Translations under genes and position numbers: made by a program
Notes under the pieces: model-generated
What the model saw: the letters and a program-made list of their open reading frames with translations, nothing else
What the model was told of the DNA's origin: nothing
Databases searched by the model: none
Shown here: positions 25,957-38,444 of the stretch, one piece after another
How positions within the stretch are numbered: position 1 is the stretch's first letter
Layout: each line of letters begins with the position of its first letter
Assembly (NCBI GenBank): GCA_965644295.1
Contig: CBFFRP010000435.1
Location: 1 to 64,000 of the forward strand
Direction of reading: 5' to 3'
Length of the DNA: 64,000 nt
DNA from: Paraphysomonas bandaiensis
Lineage: Eukaryota > Protista > Chrysophyceae

Positions 25957-27057
25957 AGAACTCATAGAGAGACATTACGATTTCTAAGTGCTCTTGTACA
26001 TGATGAAAGGTTGCAAGATTGCTGGGGAGAGCCGGAGTGCTATATGGTAATCCAGTTCATACTGAATGATGAAATAAGTAGCGAAACGGGATTGTCACCT
26101 TTTGAGTTTACATTTGGTACAATAGACAAACCTTATTTCAAATTGTCAGATGCTGTGTCAGATTCGGTTGATACTACGGAATATTTATCTCTTATAAATC
26201 AGAATTTGAGAACTATACGTGAGATTGCATGTGATGTCCAACGCAAGATCCAAGCAAAGAGAAAATCCAAAACACCTCCGGAGACCTTAACGGAATATCA
26301 ACCCGGACAGCTTGTTTTATTCCAACCAAATTCTTCGAAATTTAAACCGTCAAAACTATATCCTAGATTTAAAGGTCCATACGAGGTTGTCTCTACGTAC
26401 AAAGCAGATATCACCTGTACACATATTGTAATGCGATTTGAGGTAGTCTTTCATATGTCTTGGCTTAAACCATTTTTTGGTACTCATGATGAGGCATTTC
26501 GCATTGCTTTAGTAGACTATAACCAGTATGAAGTGCGAAAGATTGTGGCATATCGGGGAGATCCTGAAAAGAGATCTACTATGGATTTTCTCGTATTATT
26601 TAGTGATGATTCACAAGTGTGGATTCCATACAATTCCGATCTTGCAACCGCACGGGCTTTCCAGCAGTATTGTAAAGACGTTCCTGCGTTGTTTCCACTT
26701 TTATTTTCTGCTAAGGAAGCTAAAGAACAACGACTACGAATGCGGAAACAGCAGATTGATGGAGTTCAACCAGGCCAAGAGGTGTACATCAACCTACGAG
26801 CTTGGGGAGCAGATTTTTACGACGCATTATCATTACCGGATTGCTATGTCACAAATTATGTAGTATTATGCCGTTATAAACGATGGGCAGGCAAACGCCG
26901 TCTACGCATCGATTTATACTGCCCACTCTTTGACACTACCTATGAATGGAGTGCGTATGACGTTTACTGCTATGGACTATGCTTCGACTTCAATCCGTCT
27001 ACCATGGTGCTTGTCGATGTGGAGTTTTGCAAGAGTTTTCCTGATATACTCTTGTAA
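25957..27057 (+). CDS. Integrase C-terminal half with GPY/F motif, chromodomain and an extra C-terminal domain
   Basis: TGLSPFEFTFG, KLYPRFKGPYEV and YEVRKIVAYRG...FLVLFSDDSQVWIP. Confidence 0.85.
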   Translation, partial: RTHRETLRFLSALVHDERLQDCWGEPECYMVIQFILNDEISSETGLSPFEFTFGTIDKPYFKLSDAVSDSVDTTEYLSLINQNLRTIREIACDVQRKIQAKRKSKTPPETLTEYQPGQLVLFQPNSSKFKPSKLYPRFKGPYEVVSTYKADITCTHIVMRFEVVFHMSWLKPFFGTHDEAFRIALVDYNQYEVRKIVAYRGDPEKRSTMDFLVLFSDDSQVWIPYNSDLATARAFQQYCKDVPALFPLLFSAKEAKEQRLRMRKQQIDGVQPGQEVYINLRAWGADFYDALSLPDCYVTNYVVLCRYKRWAGKRRLRIDLYCPLFDTTYEWSAYDVYCYGLCFDFNPSTMVLVDVEFCKSFPDILL

Positions 27058-29188
27058 ACAGGTTTTATTCTTCTATTATATTATATGATAATATTTGCAA
27101 TATTCTTTTATTTCTATTATAATACTACCTTGTCTATCTAGTTTATTCTCAATATCTGTTTAAATCTGATTTTGTTTGTTTATACTTAGAATGACGCTAT
27201 CTATTATATGGCCGATTTCAGTATTTGCATACATGAATCACAGTCTGTATTCACAATCTAATTTCTCCAGCTGGGGGGAAAGAGGGTAGTGTAACGCAGT
27301 ACTGGTTATTTTCTGCGTTGGTAGTAGTATTATATGTTACTCTTCTGTTGTACTCTCTAACACGTACAGAGTGTTTTTGTATTTTCAGTTTTCAGTTACA
27401 TATTCAGTTTCTACTCTTTCAGTGTATACACGGAGTGTTGAAGCTGTACATACGTACCGGATAAAATACTTCTGATCTGGTGTGTTGTGTGCTGAAGTGA
27501 AATGCTGAACATGATGTTGTATGTGTGTGTTACTGTAGAGTTGTATAGCAGTGTTACTCACTTTTCTATATAACGTTTTAAATAACGATTTATTTAAATT
27601 CTTTCGCGGTTTGCGTCTGAGTTGAGGAGCATCACCCGCTGGTGAGTTCAACAGTGTAGCAGCCCGCTGGCGTGCACTTAAAATCTTTTTAAAACGTTAT
27701 AGATCAGTGTTGTTTTTGTGTGAGCATACGTTGTTCTTAAGAACAACTACAAGGGCTAGATATACAAAATATTATAATATACTATTATATACAATGTATA
27801 TTATACAGCTGTGTTGTATACAATATATAAAAGACAAAGTTTGTCACGCCCTAGTTCTCGCTACCAATCTGTCCATCAATGATTGTCTAAAAGTGGCGGG
27901 CAACGTGATCGGAACCATGATGAATGGTCATGCGACGACGAATCCCGAGAGCCTACCCTGTGAAAAGACCGAGGCCTGTCCCTTGAACGATACCTATAAT
28001 ATCTCTGCAAAGACGGGCTACGCAATGCAGTCGAGGAAAGCTTGGAGGAGAACGAGAACGCCTTCGTCGCTCTAGCAACAGCAACGCAAGTTTATAGCGA
28101 TTCCAAATCAAGAGACGATTCCCAGCAACGTGGATGGTGTGTTTCAACTTGGAGATGCCATTTTAAGAATTTATGGCCGCAGAAGATGCGTGGTCTCTTG
28201 TCTTCCCGACGACATATATACACTGTCAGCTACAAGGATGGTAGTAGAGGACAAAAAACAGCTCGAACATTCAAGCCTCCTGCCCACAAAAACAAGGCGC
28301 CTGGGTGGGAGGCTGTACCGGAGTTAACATCAACATGAATAGAAATGTTACTGAACACACACCGAACAAACTAAACCACATGTGGTTATTAGTAAGAATA
28401 TTCGATGGATTTCTCCGCGAATGCTTGCCTCCGAATTCAAGCATTATATGCACCACCTGCAATAACGATAACGCCTGGTACAAGTTGTAGGTGATAAATG
28501 CTTAGTCATTAATTGCATTGGTGGATGAAGGGGGAAAGTACTCATCAGTAATATAGACTCAATACTACTGTGTGAAACAGGAATCAGATTTGCACTTTTA
28601 CGATATCGACCAAACAAAGTAACCAAATATGCACCTGTTGATATACTGGAATAGTTCTCACGTACATATATATTACAAGTATAGATGCTATACACAAGTA
28701 TACAGAAGAGTGACAATTAACTTCGATGCGTCAATAAATATTCACCATACAGTGTGCAATTCGACTCACCATTTCACAAGTTGGAATACAGACAATACCA
28801 GCCCGGACAGTCATCAAGTCTCATTACTTCATTTTTTCCTTTACGAGTCTCCTACTGTGCAGGTTCCAAACTAGCTACATAGATGCCCATAGTAATTTTG
28901 TCTACGGTACGGTCAGACCGATAGCGACGGGAAGAACACAGACGCCATTTCCATGCTAGACATCAACATCCGGATGAAGAGTATCGTGCAGTACATCTGC
29001 CTGCTCACGATCCCTCTCGGCGTAATTTCGACGCACCTCATCATCATGTTCGTCGATGAGAGACGCTGAGTGCGGAGCCCATCGCAACACCCACCACAGC
29101 GAACACGAAAGATAGAAACAGAACAGTTACATTAAAGTTTATTCGGCGAGATGGATCGACAGTCTGATCGATGACCGCATTGACTTGC

Positions 29189-29343
29189 TTGAGGTTGTGT
29201 ATATACTAACATGACGAGAGGTGCGAGTGAAGAGGCTCTTATCTGCCATATTTTGGGATTTTATTCTGCAGCGGCCTGTCAGTCTGAAACACACGCAGGC
29301 TTCACCCGCTCCTCTCGTCATGTTGGTATATACACAACCTCAA
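29189..29343. repeat. 155-bp foldback with 44-bp inverted arms (MITE-like)
   Basis: Arms at 29189-29232 and 29300-29343 with 3 mismatches. No clear TSD. Confidence 0.7.
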
Positions 29344-29425
29344 CAGCAGAGCGTATAATAATGCAGCGACTCCTTGTGACTCTTGAAAGGCAAGAACTGC
29401 TGCCTGAGTTTCCTCCCTGTGTCAC

Positions 29426-29502
29426 TGTGTCCAACAGTACAGGTATACAGGTACATGTACTTGGTGATGTGTCCAACAGTACAGGTATACAGGTATATGT
29501 AC
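29426..29502. repeat. Minisatellite with a unit of about 42 bp
   Basis: TGTGTCCAACAGTACAGGTATACAGGTA occurs twice. The inverted form is at 50724-50851. Confidence 0.8.
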
Positions 29503-30316
29503 ATTGGACGGAGTGGGGGTGCATGTTAATGAGGAATATAGAGTTGTGTGGACTGGAGCCGCAGAGAAAAAACACTGTACTCGGTCGTAGCTAAAGTTAC
29601 GGATGCTACAGATCAATAAACGGACGGAATACCCCCGTTGCCTTTATTACATACTCGACTAGGGTCAACCCATACTAGGCCAAAACTCGAGAAATGCAAG
29701 CAAAACTCGACTTTTTCAAAACTCGACCAGTTTCGTACCATACAAACAAAAATCTCGAGAAATGCAAAACTCGACTTTTGCCAAACTCTAGAACTCGAGA
29801 TTCACTCGGCAACCTCGGTCGAAAAGAAAATGAAGTTAGGCCGTTCCTTAGGCCACTAATTATGGTGAAGACATAAAACAAAAAGACAAAAGACATTTTT
29901 TCAGCAGAATTGTTTTTGTCCAGGTGCGAATGGAGCTGGAATTAGGCCGTTCCTTACGGTTGGGTAAAAAATAAAATGAATTTTTTTTTCTTTCGCATTC
30001 TCAACACACCGTTCCTTACGGTTGGTCAAAAAAAAAGAAAATTTATTTCTTCATACACCACTTCTCGTTCCTTACGGTTGACAAAATATAGAATTGTAGG
30101 GTGATGAAAATCCCCATTTTCTGGGAGAACCCAACAAAAATCACTGTTTTATTAGGAAAGGGGGTTTTCATCACTCTACAAAATACAGAGCGCTGTTAAA
30201 GTGATTGTCAGACATTACAATCACAATCAGTGTTAAAAGCAATTGGACTACACCTTCTTTTGACCCAGTATTTATAGAAAGTAATATGTGGAAGAGTCAT
30301 TATTGTAAGTGATAAT

Positions 30317-31617
30317 ATGCCACGACAAACTTACAGTATTACTGATGCAAGAGCTCATAAAATGTTGCAGGCCATTGCGATCTTCTCATCGTACGCAATT
30401 GTCAGCACGACAAAGCCACAGATGAAGGTGTCAGACCTTCATAAAGAGATAAATAAATGCTTTGCAGGAGTGAGAGGTGTTTATGCGTCGCAAGTAATTC
30501 AGATGATGGACGGCGACGGTGAATATTTTAGTAATCTATGGGAGAATCAGACAGTTAGTGGAGCAGAAGTACAGAAGACGCTGAAGCTAGATTTCAGTCC
30601 TCATAGAGTAATATATGCTTTACACTTTCCCAAGGAGTCTCTTTTGAACACCACTCTGAAGGGTTCTTTCAGAATGCGTCCAAAAGCATTGTGGAATAAG
30701 GCGAAGGTGAGACGCTATTCACTGTATTCATTACGTTTATCTTCTTCTTAATTATTGTTTTCTAGGACATACATAAGTACTTGAGAAAGTGGTACGCCTA
30801 CTGGCTTGAGGAATGTGACAGCACTGGGAAGTTCCCTTCAGGTAATAACTAAACATTGTATATCTATTGATACAGTTAATGTGTTGTGTTTTCAGGGACC
30901 AACGAATCGGATGTTGCAGCCAAAGTATTGGATAGAATATGGGCTGATGAACGGGGAGGGTTATATGATGAGGGCAGTGGCAATGATGAGAGTGAAAGTG
31001 AAGGTGAGGCTGCTGATGAGGAAAGTAGTGGATTTGAGAAAAAAGATGGGGAAAGGGAAAGTTTGGGAGCTGCAGCGACGGAGGAACGAATGGAAGGTTG
31101 GCGTCCACTTTATTGGTGGGTGTTCTTGTTATATGGGCCTTACGGTGCTGCCAAGTTTGCTTGTGATGTGCACCCTCTGCTTTCCATTAATGTGAACACA
31201 TATACTCGAAGTGATGGTCGCAATGCTCAACGTGAAAGAATTAGGTCACAAGAAGAATTGGAGAGGAAGACCACATCGGGTAGAGGGTACTCCGAAGCTA
31301 CTCATATTTCTTTTGCACTTCAAGATGATGAAATAAGTCATAGTTATATTGCAACTGGACTTCTTGCATTGACCCAAGAGCTCACATCCCTGAAAACAGG
31401 CTTCGATGAAGCTCGACACATGTACGAGTTGTTTAATGAAGAGGTGTTCCGAACAAAAATGTTAGAATATCATGATAGATCTGAAAGAGTTCGCTTGGAG
31501 TTAGAGCGTATACGCACTGAGACGATAAAACGGCCACGCACATATAATGCTGGTGATTATAGCAGTCGTGGTGCTGATAATGAAGATCATTCATCAAAAC
31601 GCAGCCGTCACGACTAG
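30317..31617 (+). CDS. Harbinger accessory (putative DNA-binding) protein, three exons (30317-30706, 30766-30841, 30896-31617), about 395 aa
   Basis: Two GT-AG introns join the ORFs in frame. It lies convergent with the transposase inside the TIRs. Confidence 0.75.
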
Positions 31618-31831
31618 TTTGTTTGTGACAAGATTTTCTGGTAGACCAGATGTGTAATAGCTATAAAGCTATATATTCTTACTTATTTTTGACATTTTGG
31701 ATTACTTTAATGAACGCTGAATTCACTCAATTATTGAAATTATACTAAATATCCCTTATCATTCATTGTCTTTCACTAAATTCGAATATTTATACTACAC
31801 TTGTCCTACATAAGTACTAGCTAATATATAT

Positions 31832-33409
31832 TTACAAAACAATCATACCATGATCCCAACCATATGGTACACCTTTTCCATTTCTTGAAGGCCATTTAAT
31901 ATCTCGACGCTGCCATCTATACTCAAAATGGTTGATGAGTAACCCACGGAACTTGTCCAAAGAATATGTACGAATATGGCGAATTGCATGTTGAGCAGTT
32001 TGAGTGCTAAACTGAACATCAGTGGTATCGTCACAGTCGTCATCACCGAATCCCACGCCAGAGCAATCATACTGACGATTTCCGTTGCAGCGTGCGTTGT
32101 CTTCAGTATCATGCCAACCCAATTCACCAGCATAACGGCTTGGAACCCCTTCTCGCCACCGTTTATCAAGACCATCCACTTCTAGAAGGAAGTTGTGAAA
32201 TGCACAGCATGTTTTCCAAATCTTGTCACAACAATGAGGATGCTTCAGACGGATACCTGTCTTTAATATGCGCCATCTACCCTTCAAAATACCAAACGTG
32301 CACTCTACATCTTTACGCATAGATTCAAGCCACTTTGACCATCGTATATCTTTGAATAGACCTGTATCCTTCATTGGAGGCACTGTGCATGACCAGTCCA
32401 AGTATCCATTGTCTGATAGGACCCATGCACCTCTGAATCGATGTGGGATACCATGGTCATCATACAGCTCGTACTCTACATCCTCATATAGCCTACCTGC
32501 ACGAATATCGCATATAAATTTATCAAATTTCACAACACTTTTATCATTCCAACTGCCTGGGCAGGATGGTGATGTTGCAAGAATTCTTCGCCGATGGTTT
32601 ACAGACACATTAAACACTCTTGTTGTCTGCTGAGCTTTATGACTCAAATGACTATTCTTTAACTTCGCAGCTATCTTTTCATGAATGATATGAACTCCAT
32701 CGGTCGATGCGATAGCTCCGTTCATTCCGGCCTCTGCATATTCATGCATGCAATCATGAATATCTGCTGGAGTCTTCGGTACTGACACCCACTTCTCAAA
32801 CATAACTGTTGATCCGACATTTATAAATTCATGGAAAAATACACGATGGACCTCTTCACTTATATAAGTGGCTTCCTCAATATCATCAAAAGTCCACCCA
32901 CGACCCATATATCGTAGGCTCCCCAACAACAATAATTCGAGTGGTGAACCAGGCCTTCCAGTGCAGTCTTCTTTCTCATAACTTTTGAACCATTTTTCCG
33001 TTCTTGCCAAACTAAGGAATTCTTGAAACGAAGCGTATGGAAGCCTAAATCTTCTCCTAAACTTGCGCAATTGTTTTTTGCTCCTTTGATCTCTCAACAC
33101 ATACTGTACGTACCAAGAGGATTTGCGTGGGTCATAATCAACCCACTTGCCTTCATCGTCGTCATAATATCCTCTCTTTCCTCTCTTTCGCTTTTTCTTC
33201 GGTTCAGGTGATGGTTGATTCTCTTCTTCGATGATCTTTTGTAGAATTCCTTCCTTGCGTCGTTTTCTCCTGCTCTCCATATATTGCATGTATAACATTG
33301 GATCCAGTTCACCGTTTGAATCAAGACAAGCACTCAGCCTAATCGACATAGGCTTGATAAAACTCGTGATAACAATATTATGACTCGAGGTTCCTAATAT
33401 AGGCCGCAA
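31832..33409 (-). CDS. PIF/Harbinger DDE transposase (DDE_Tnp_4-like)
   Basis: FRRRFRLP, STDGVH, GSWND, SDNGY and RKDVECTFGILKGRWRIL. Confidence 0.93.
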   Translation of the reverse strand: MRPILGTSSHNIVITSFIKPMSIRLSACLDSNGELDPMLYMQYMESRRKRRKEGILQKIIEEENQPSPEPKKKRKRGKRGYYDDDEGKWVDYDPRKSSWYVQYVLRDQRSKKQLRKFRRRFRLPYASFQEFLSLARTEKWFKSYEKEDCTGRPGSPLELLLLGSLRYMGRGWTFDDIEEATYISEEVHRVFFHEFINVGSTVMFEKWVSVPKTPADIHDCMHEYAEAGMNGAIASTDGVHIIHEKIAAKLKNSHLSHKAQQTTRVFNVSVNHRRRILATSPSCPGSWNDKSVVKFDKFICDIRAGRLYEDVEYELYDDHGIPHRFRGAWVLSDNGYLDWSCTVPPMKDTGLFKDIRWSKWLESMRKDVECTFGILKGRWRILKTGIRLKHPHCCDKIWKTCCAFHNFLLEVDGLDKRWREGVPSRYAGELGWHDTEDNARCNGNRQYDCSGVGFGDDDCDDTTDVQFSTQTAQHAIRHIRTYSLDKFRGLLINHFEYRWQRRDIKWPSRNGKGVPYGWDHGMIVL

Positions 33410-33719
33410 TATTATTTCTTACCATGCCATGAATTTTGGAAAGATATGAAATCATTTCTTTCCAAGGTCCAAAATATTTTTATTTTTGACCACCGTAAGG
33501 AACGGGAAGAGCAAAAAAAAAAAATTTCATTTTTTATTTTTACCCACCGTAAGGAACGGCCTTATGGCGCAGACAGAAAGACAAAAGACAAAAACATGGA
33601 TTTTGTGTTTGAATTTGAATTTCTGTTCATTCATACTCGCTTGTTCTCACTGAATGCATTGTGAATCAGAGCATTAGCATTATAACACAAGTCACAAGTG
33701 ACAGTGTAAAGTTTATAGT

Positions 33720-34799
33720 ATGATATTTCGCGTGGGTACATTGTCCCGAAAGTACTTAGTATACAAAAAGGAGAAAACATCCTTCATCAAACAGCTTGTG
33801 AAGAAAACTCGAGCGTCCTCTGAGGATCGTATAATTGCAAGAAGAAATGTGTATGAACGTATTGACTACGATGACACGCCATGGGGCCTCCTGCTGAGGG
33901 ATGCAAGGATAAGAGACCCAACAACTCGTGAAGGTATGACTTCTGGTACTGTTTTATATATCACGTGACTCTGCATCAGGCAAGCTTTTCAGAACGCGTT
34001 TTCGAGTTCCGTATCAAATGTTTCAAGAAATAGTCCTATGGGCTAAAGATTCCTCACTTCGTAAGAATAAGTTAACAGGGCAACCCATCGCTGATACTGA
34101 CGCGATAGGTATTTTCCTGTTTAGAATATTTGAGGTTGTTTGAACTGTGTATTCTAGGTCGTAAAAGTGAAGAATACACATGACGACAACGAAGAGGAGA
34201 TAAAGGGTTTATATTTCATTTGTGATGGAGGATATCATAAATGGAGGTGCATGCAGTGTCCAGTTAAAAATACATCTGCCCATGACCTCAGAATCTGGTC
34301 AAAGTGGCTAGAATCGGTTCGCAAGGACATCGAATGCACATTCGGTATACTCAAGGGGCGTTTTCGAATTCTAAAAATTCCTATTCTGCTTCAAAGTAAA
34401 GAGAAAATTGACAATGTATTTTTCACATGCTGTTGTCTACACAATGAGATCATGAGGGATGATAACTTGTTTAAGCTGTGGGAGCAGGGTGTGGAATGGA
34501 ATGGACCAGATGGATTTCATGATTTATGCGACATAGATAAAGCATTTAAAGTTCACAGAGAAAATAACGGTAAGTTGAAAGAAGTTGTGCTTAGAGTACA
34601 GAGAGACACAGATCTAACAGATCCCAAACATCGATGTGGTACATTGTTTGATACAGTTGAAGCTGTACGTACTGAAGTTGAAAATGAGCACACTGTCCTC
34701 AGAAATAAATTTGTTAACCATTTCATGCGTATGTGTAGTGATAAAACTGTTAACCATTTCATGCGTATGTGTAGTGATAAAACTGTTGTATGGTCATAA
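33720..34799 (+). pseudogene. Internally deleted Harbinger transposase of the level-3 element
   Basis: FRTRFRVPY followed by CDGGY...RKDIECTFGILKGRFRIL; the first catalytic D region is missing. There is a 39-bp tandem duplication near the end. Confidence 0.85.
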
Positions 34800-35006
34800 T
34801 TAAAAACTGATTTGTTTCATAAGTACAGTTGATTACTTAGCTCATGCAATTAACATAGCAAATAGCATATTATTATGCAGTAATTATAGTATAGCTGATA
34901 CCAACATGTGATTATATGCTATAACTAGAATTGCATTGGCATTTTGATAATCTTTCAATCGGAAACGATATCCGAGAGGTCCACAGAGTTCTCAATGACA
35001 GAAGTC

Positions 35007-35605
35007 TCAGGAGAGTCGCAAGTAAATTGCAGCATGTGAGGTGTGCTGCTCGTTGAGTTCGATGTTATAGTAAACATAGTAAACCGGAAACATAGTAAAA
35101 TAATATCTGAACTCCTCCATACGATTGTGACGGGCTGTCATTCTGACCTCATATTCTCCTATGCTATTAGAATCTCCTTCCGAATAACCAGACTCCTTCA
35201 AGCTCTTATTGCGCTGCTCCTTTCTTCCTTTCGAACCTTTTGGTATCTTTTCTTGGGGTTTCTCACTGGAAGGACCATTACCGACAATAACTTTGAAACC
35301 ATCCCAATAATGTTCCCCAGCTGGTAGGCCTACTTGCATGAACACAATAAAATCGATCGGACCAAGATAACTACCATTGGGGTCAAATGGCTTGGGGTTG
35401 CTGTCATTATTATCATATAACTCGCCTCCCGAATTTGTGCTAGAGCTCTCCTTTTCACCCTTTCAGCTTCTTTACGATTCCAGGAGAGCTCCAACGTCTT
35501 TATGAGCAACTCCCTCATCTGTACGCCGGACGGTATTGTTCCGTTGCTCTGCAATCGTCGTGGTCTTGACACCATGGGTCTCCATGCCTGCCAAAGCAAT
35601 AGCAA
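35007..35605 (-). pseudogene. Degenerate Harbinger accessory ORF (level 3)
   Basis: IPSG and FMQVGLP resemble FPSG and FLLYGP of 30317-31617. Frameshifted. Confidence 0.55.
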
Positions 35606-36259
35606 GCTTCTGCCAATGTTTGAGACTGTAAATCATTGCGATCTGTGCTGTTTATCAGGCATATAAGCCCTAATTAGTGCTCTATTGTGTAAAAATGTCT
35701 TCCACTCTTGATTTATGTCTTCGAAGACAAAAAGACATAAATTTGCTCATATTTATGTCTTTTTGTCTCCCGAAGACAGAAAGACATTTTGTCTTTTGGT
35801 CGATTTCTGTCTTTTGTCCCATTAATTCCTGCTTTTCATGCCAGGAAGACAAAATGTCTTCCGTCTTTTTGTCTTTTGTCTTCACCATAATTAGTGGCCT
35901 TAGGACATGTCAAAATCAAAATAATTATTTTGATGTGAAATCAATATTTTTGTGGATTTCGGTGGATTTTGACTTTTGATGTGCCATTCCTTAGGACATC
36001 TCGCATCAAAATAGTATATACGGCCACGTATACACCTGTATAGCCTGGGTTGAATTCAAATGTTCAAATCAAGCAGTGTTGTCATTTAATGTGACATATA
36101 TAGTGTCATTATTATGAGCAGTGGGAGACAGGAATAACATGACACGTTTGTTCAATGCTTTCGAACGTATGAAGAGGAGACGACGCTGCAGTAAGATTAT
36201 GCTGGAGTGGTTTCATCCTACGAAGAAGATCAAGAGTAAACTTCGGAGAGAGAGGAGAT

Positions 36260-36607
36260 TTAAAAACAATTGATAATGTCTTCTTTACAAGTTGCATTCT
36301 GCATAACATATTGCTGAGTTATGATGGATATGATAAGAAGTGGGAAGAGGCGTATGACTGGAATGAATCAAACCCAGATGACGAGTACGATGACCTGTAC
36401 GATGGTACTCAGCGCAGAGTAATGGAAACCAGAGCAATGAATCGCGCAAGAAATGGTAATACACCTGTCGCAGAAGGAACTATGTTGCGTCCTTTTATTG
36501 CAGATCATATCGAAGAAGAAGTGCAGACTACACACTATGAGCTCCGTCGTGACCTTATTGTTCATCATTCTGTTGCCAGAAGGAAGCGTGAATTGATTTG
36601 GTTATAG
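36260..36607 (+). pseudogene. C-terminal remnant of a Harbinger transposase (level 2)
   Basis: IDNVFFTSCILHNILL matches IDNVFFTCCCLHNEIM in ORF 34167. Confidence 0.75.
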
Positions 36608-36882
36608 CTTGCTATATGTTAAGTAATTAAAATTTAAGATCCCACCCATTGTGAGCTCACATACTGTAGCTGAGGAAGTATGCAATCTTACCTAGAGACT
36701 ACTGTAGAGACTGTAAAATGAACTTAGCTGCAGACTGGAGACTGTAATATGCTAGTAGCAGAAGAATAAATGTATGCAAGAAATAAAAAGACAGTTGTGC
36801 TTGTTTAATAAGTAGTGTTAGCTTAGTAGCAATAACTGTAAAGCACACAACGAAAAGATCATACATTAGACGGGCTTTCATC

Positions 36883-38000
36883 TTAAGGAGATGGTGTCTG
36901 GAAAGGGTTAATACGCTTCTTCTTCATTGGATGATGCGGGTTACCATCGTCATCGCTATTATCTTCAGCAGTGAGATCAACAAGCGTGGGTTTGGATGGC
37001 ATACTGTTGTTTTCATAATACGACAACAATTCTTTACGAAGACGATTTGCTGAGTCTTTGTCTCCTAAGGCCTCATGCAATGCAATTTTCTTCTCAAAGT
37101 CTTCGATTTTCTGACCGTAGCATTCCAAGTCAGTGACGTAGGATTCCAATTTGTTACTCTCCTGTTGCGCAACCAAGAATTTTTTAGTTCTCTTCTTTTC
37201 GATGGCGAATTCTTCTTCCATTCTGTGCTGATTTCGTGCATCTGCTCTGCTTAATGGCGTGCTTCGATCCGCGGGCTTCGATAGATCGCAAGCCTTAATC
37301 ATTAAACTATCAGAGGAAAGAGTGCCCAACTTTTTCTTCGGTCCACAGCTTAATTCGCCACGAAGGACTGGTGAATCAAATGGTGCAGCCGGCGGACCTA
37401 GTTTTATAAATGCCAGATATGTTTGATGCATGTAATCAGGTGGGAAGTTCTTCAGCAATTGGCATTTCTCTATTTCTCGTTTTGTCATAAGGTTTGAAGC
37501 ACTGGGCTCTGTCAGAGCAGTAGAATCAGGTGATTTATCTTCACGATCATCTTGATCGTCTTGCCGGAGTTCTTTTGGACAAGGGCATTCCATAAAGGGA
37601 TATCCTCATTCTGCATCGCTCCTCCGAGTCTTTTCCATTTCTTCCAAAGCGAATTGCCTTTCGCTTGGTTGATCTTGCACTTCGCAAGTTCTTCGTGCTT
37701 CTCGATGAAGCAATCAGAAGCTGTTTTCAACAATTTCTGCCTTTCTTGTGTCGATAGCCGCGAGACAAATGCGTCGCCAGAAGCCAAATACTTATCCACT
37801 TGCCTGTTGACCATGTAAGCAATGAATACAGTGTCACAGAACTCTGATAACCTGGAGTAATAAAACGCAACCTTGAGATCCAAGAAGGATTGGTTTCCTT
37901 CCTTCTCAGCCACGGTCTCCAGCGCCGCTTCAACTGTTATTAGGTTCGAAACAAGCGTGAACACGCTTGGGGTGTTCACTTTGGTCACACTGGTGCTCAT
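36883..38000 (-). pseudogene. Harbinger accessory ORF (level 2), split across two frames
   Basis: SLWKKWK...SG and YLAFIKLGPP motifs are shared with the other accessory ORFs. Convergent with the transposase remnant. Confidence 0.6.
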
Positions 38001-38444
38001 CGTGTGTTACTTCTGTCTAAAAGATGACTTATTGTGGTTATAATGGCCTTATCAACTATTTTGACGCGAGGTCAACTATTTTAGAAAGGCAGGATTTTGG
38101 GAAATGTATAGTCAATATATGTATTACATAATACAGTGAATGAGGTTATACATGTATCGTAGAGGAATGAGAGGATGTTCTTTTCAGTTTAGTACTTGAA
38201 GTGACTGTATAAGATATGCATAGGGCACATAGAGGTGTATGGTGTTATATTATGCAGTGTGTAGTGTACGGCTGTAGAATAGAGGCATAATTTCCTCTTA
38301 CTGAGAAGTTCTGTAGTAACGATAAAGAGAACCTTGCTTTGACTACCTGTAGTGTAGACTGTGTGAAAGCAACGGGGGTATTCCGTCCGTTTATTGATTA
38401 GTAACATCCGTAACATTCGACCGAGTACCGTATTTTTCTCTGCG

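Larger units (their letters stand above)
24364..27751 (+). mobile_element. Non-autonomous chromodomain Ty3/gypsy element lacking PR, RT and RNase H
   Basis: Apparently identical 462-bp TG...CA LTRs (24364-24825, 27290-27751), 4-bp TSD AGGG and PPT GGGGGGAAAGAGGG. Confidence 0.92.
29945..33561. mobile_element. Apparently intact autonomous PIF/Harbinger element (level 4)
   Basis: TIR GGCCGTTCCTTACGGT..GGTAAAAA, TTA TSDs, two convergent intact genes. Confidence 0.93.
29851..35899. mobile_element. PIF/Harbinger element (level 3), internally deleted
   Basis: TIR GGCCACTAATTATGGTGAAGACA, TTA TSDs at 29848-29850 and 35900-35902. Confidence 0.9.

Noticed and set aside
15579-27755. Shared AGGG(T) target sites and TTAGGG motifs suggesting telomere-repeat targeting
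   Set aside because: Only two events, single hexamers with no array, and the third LTR element has the TSD TGTAT.
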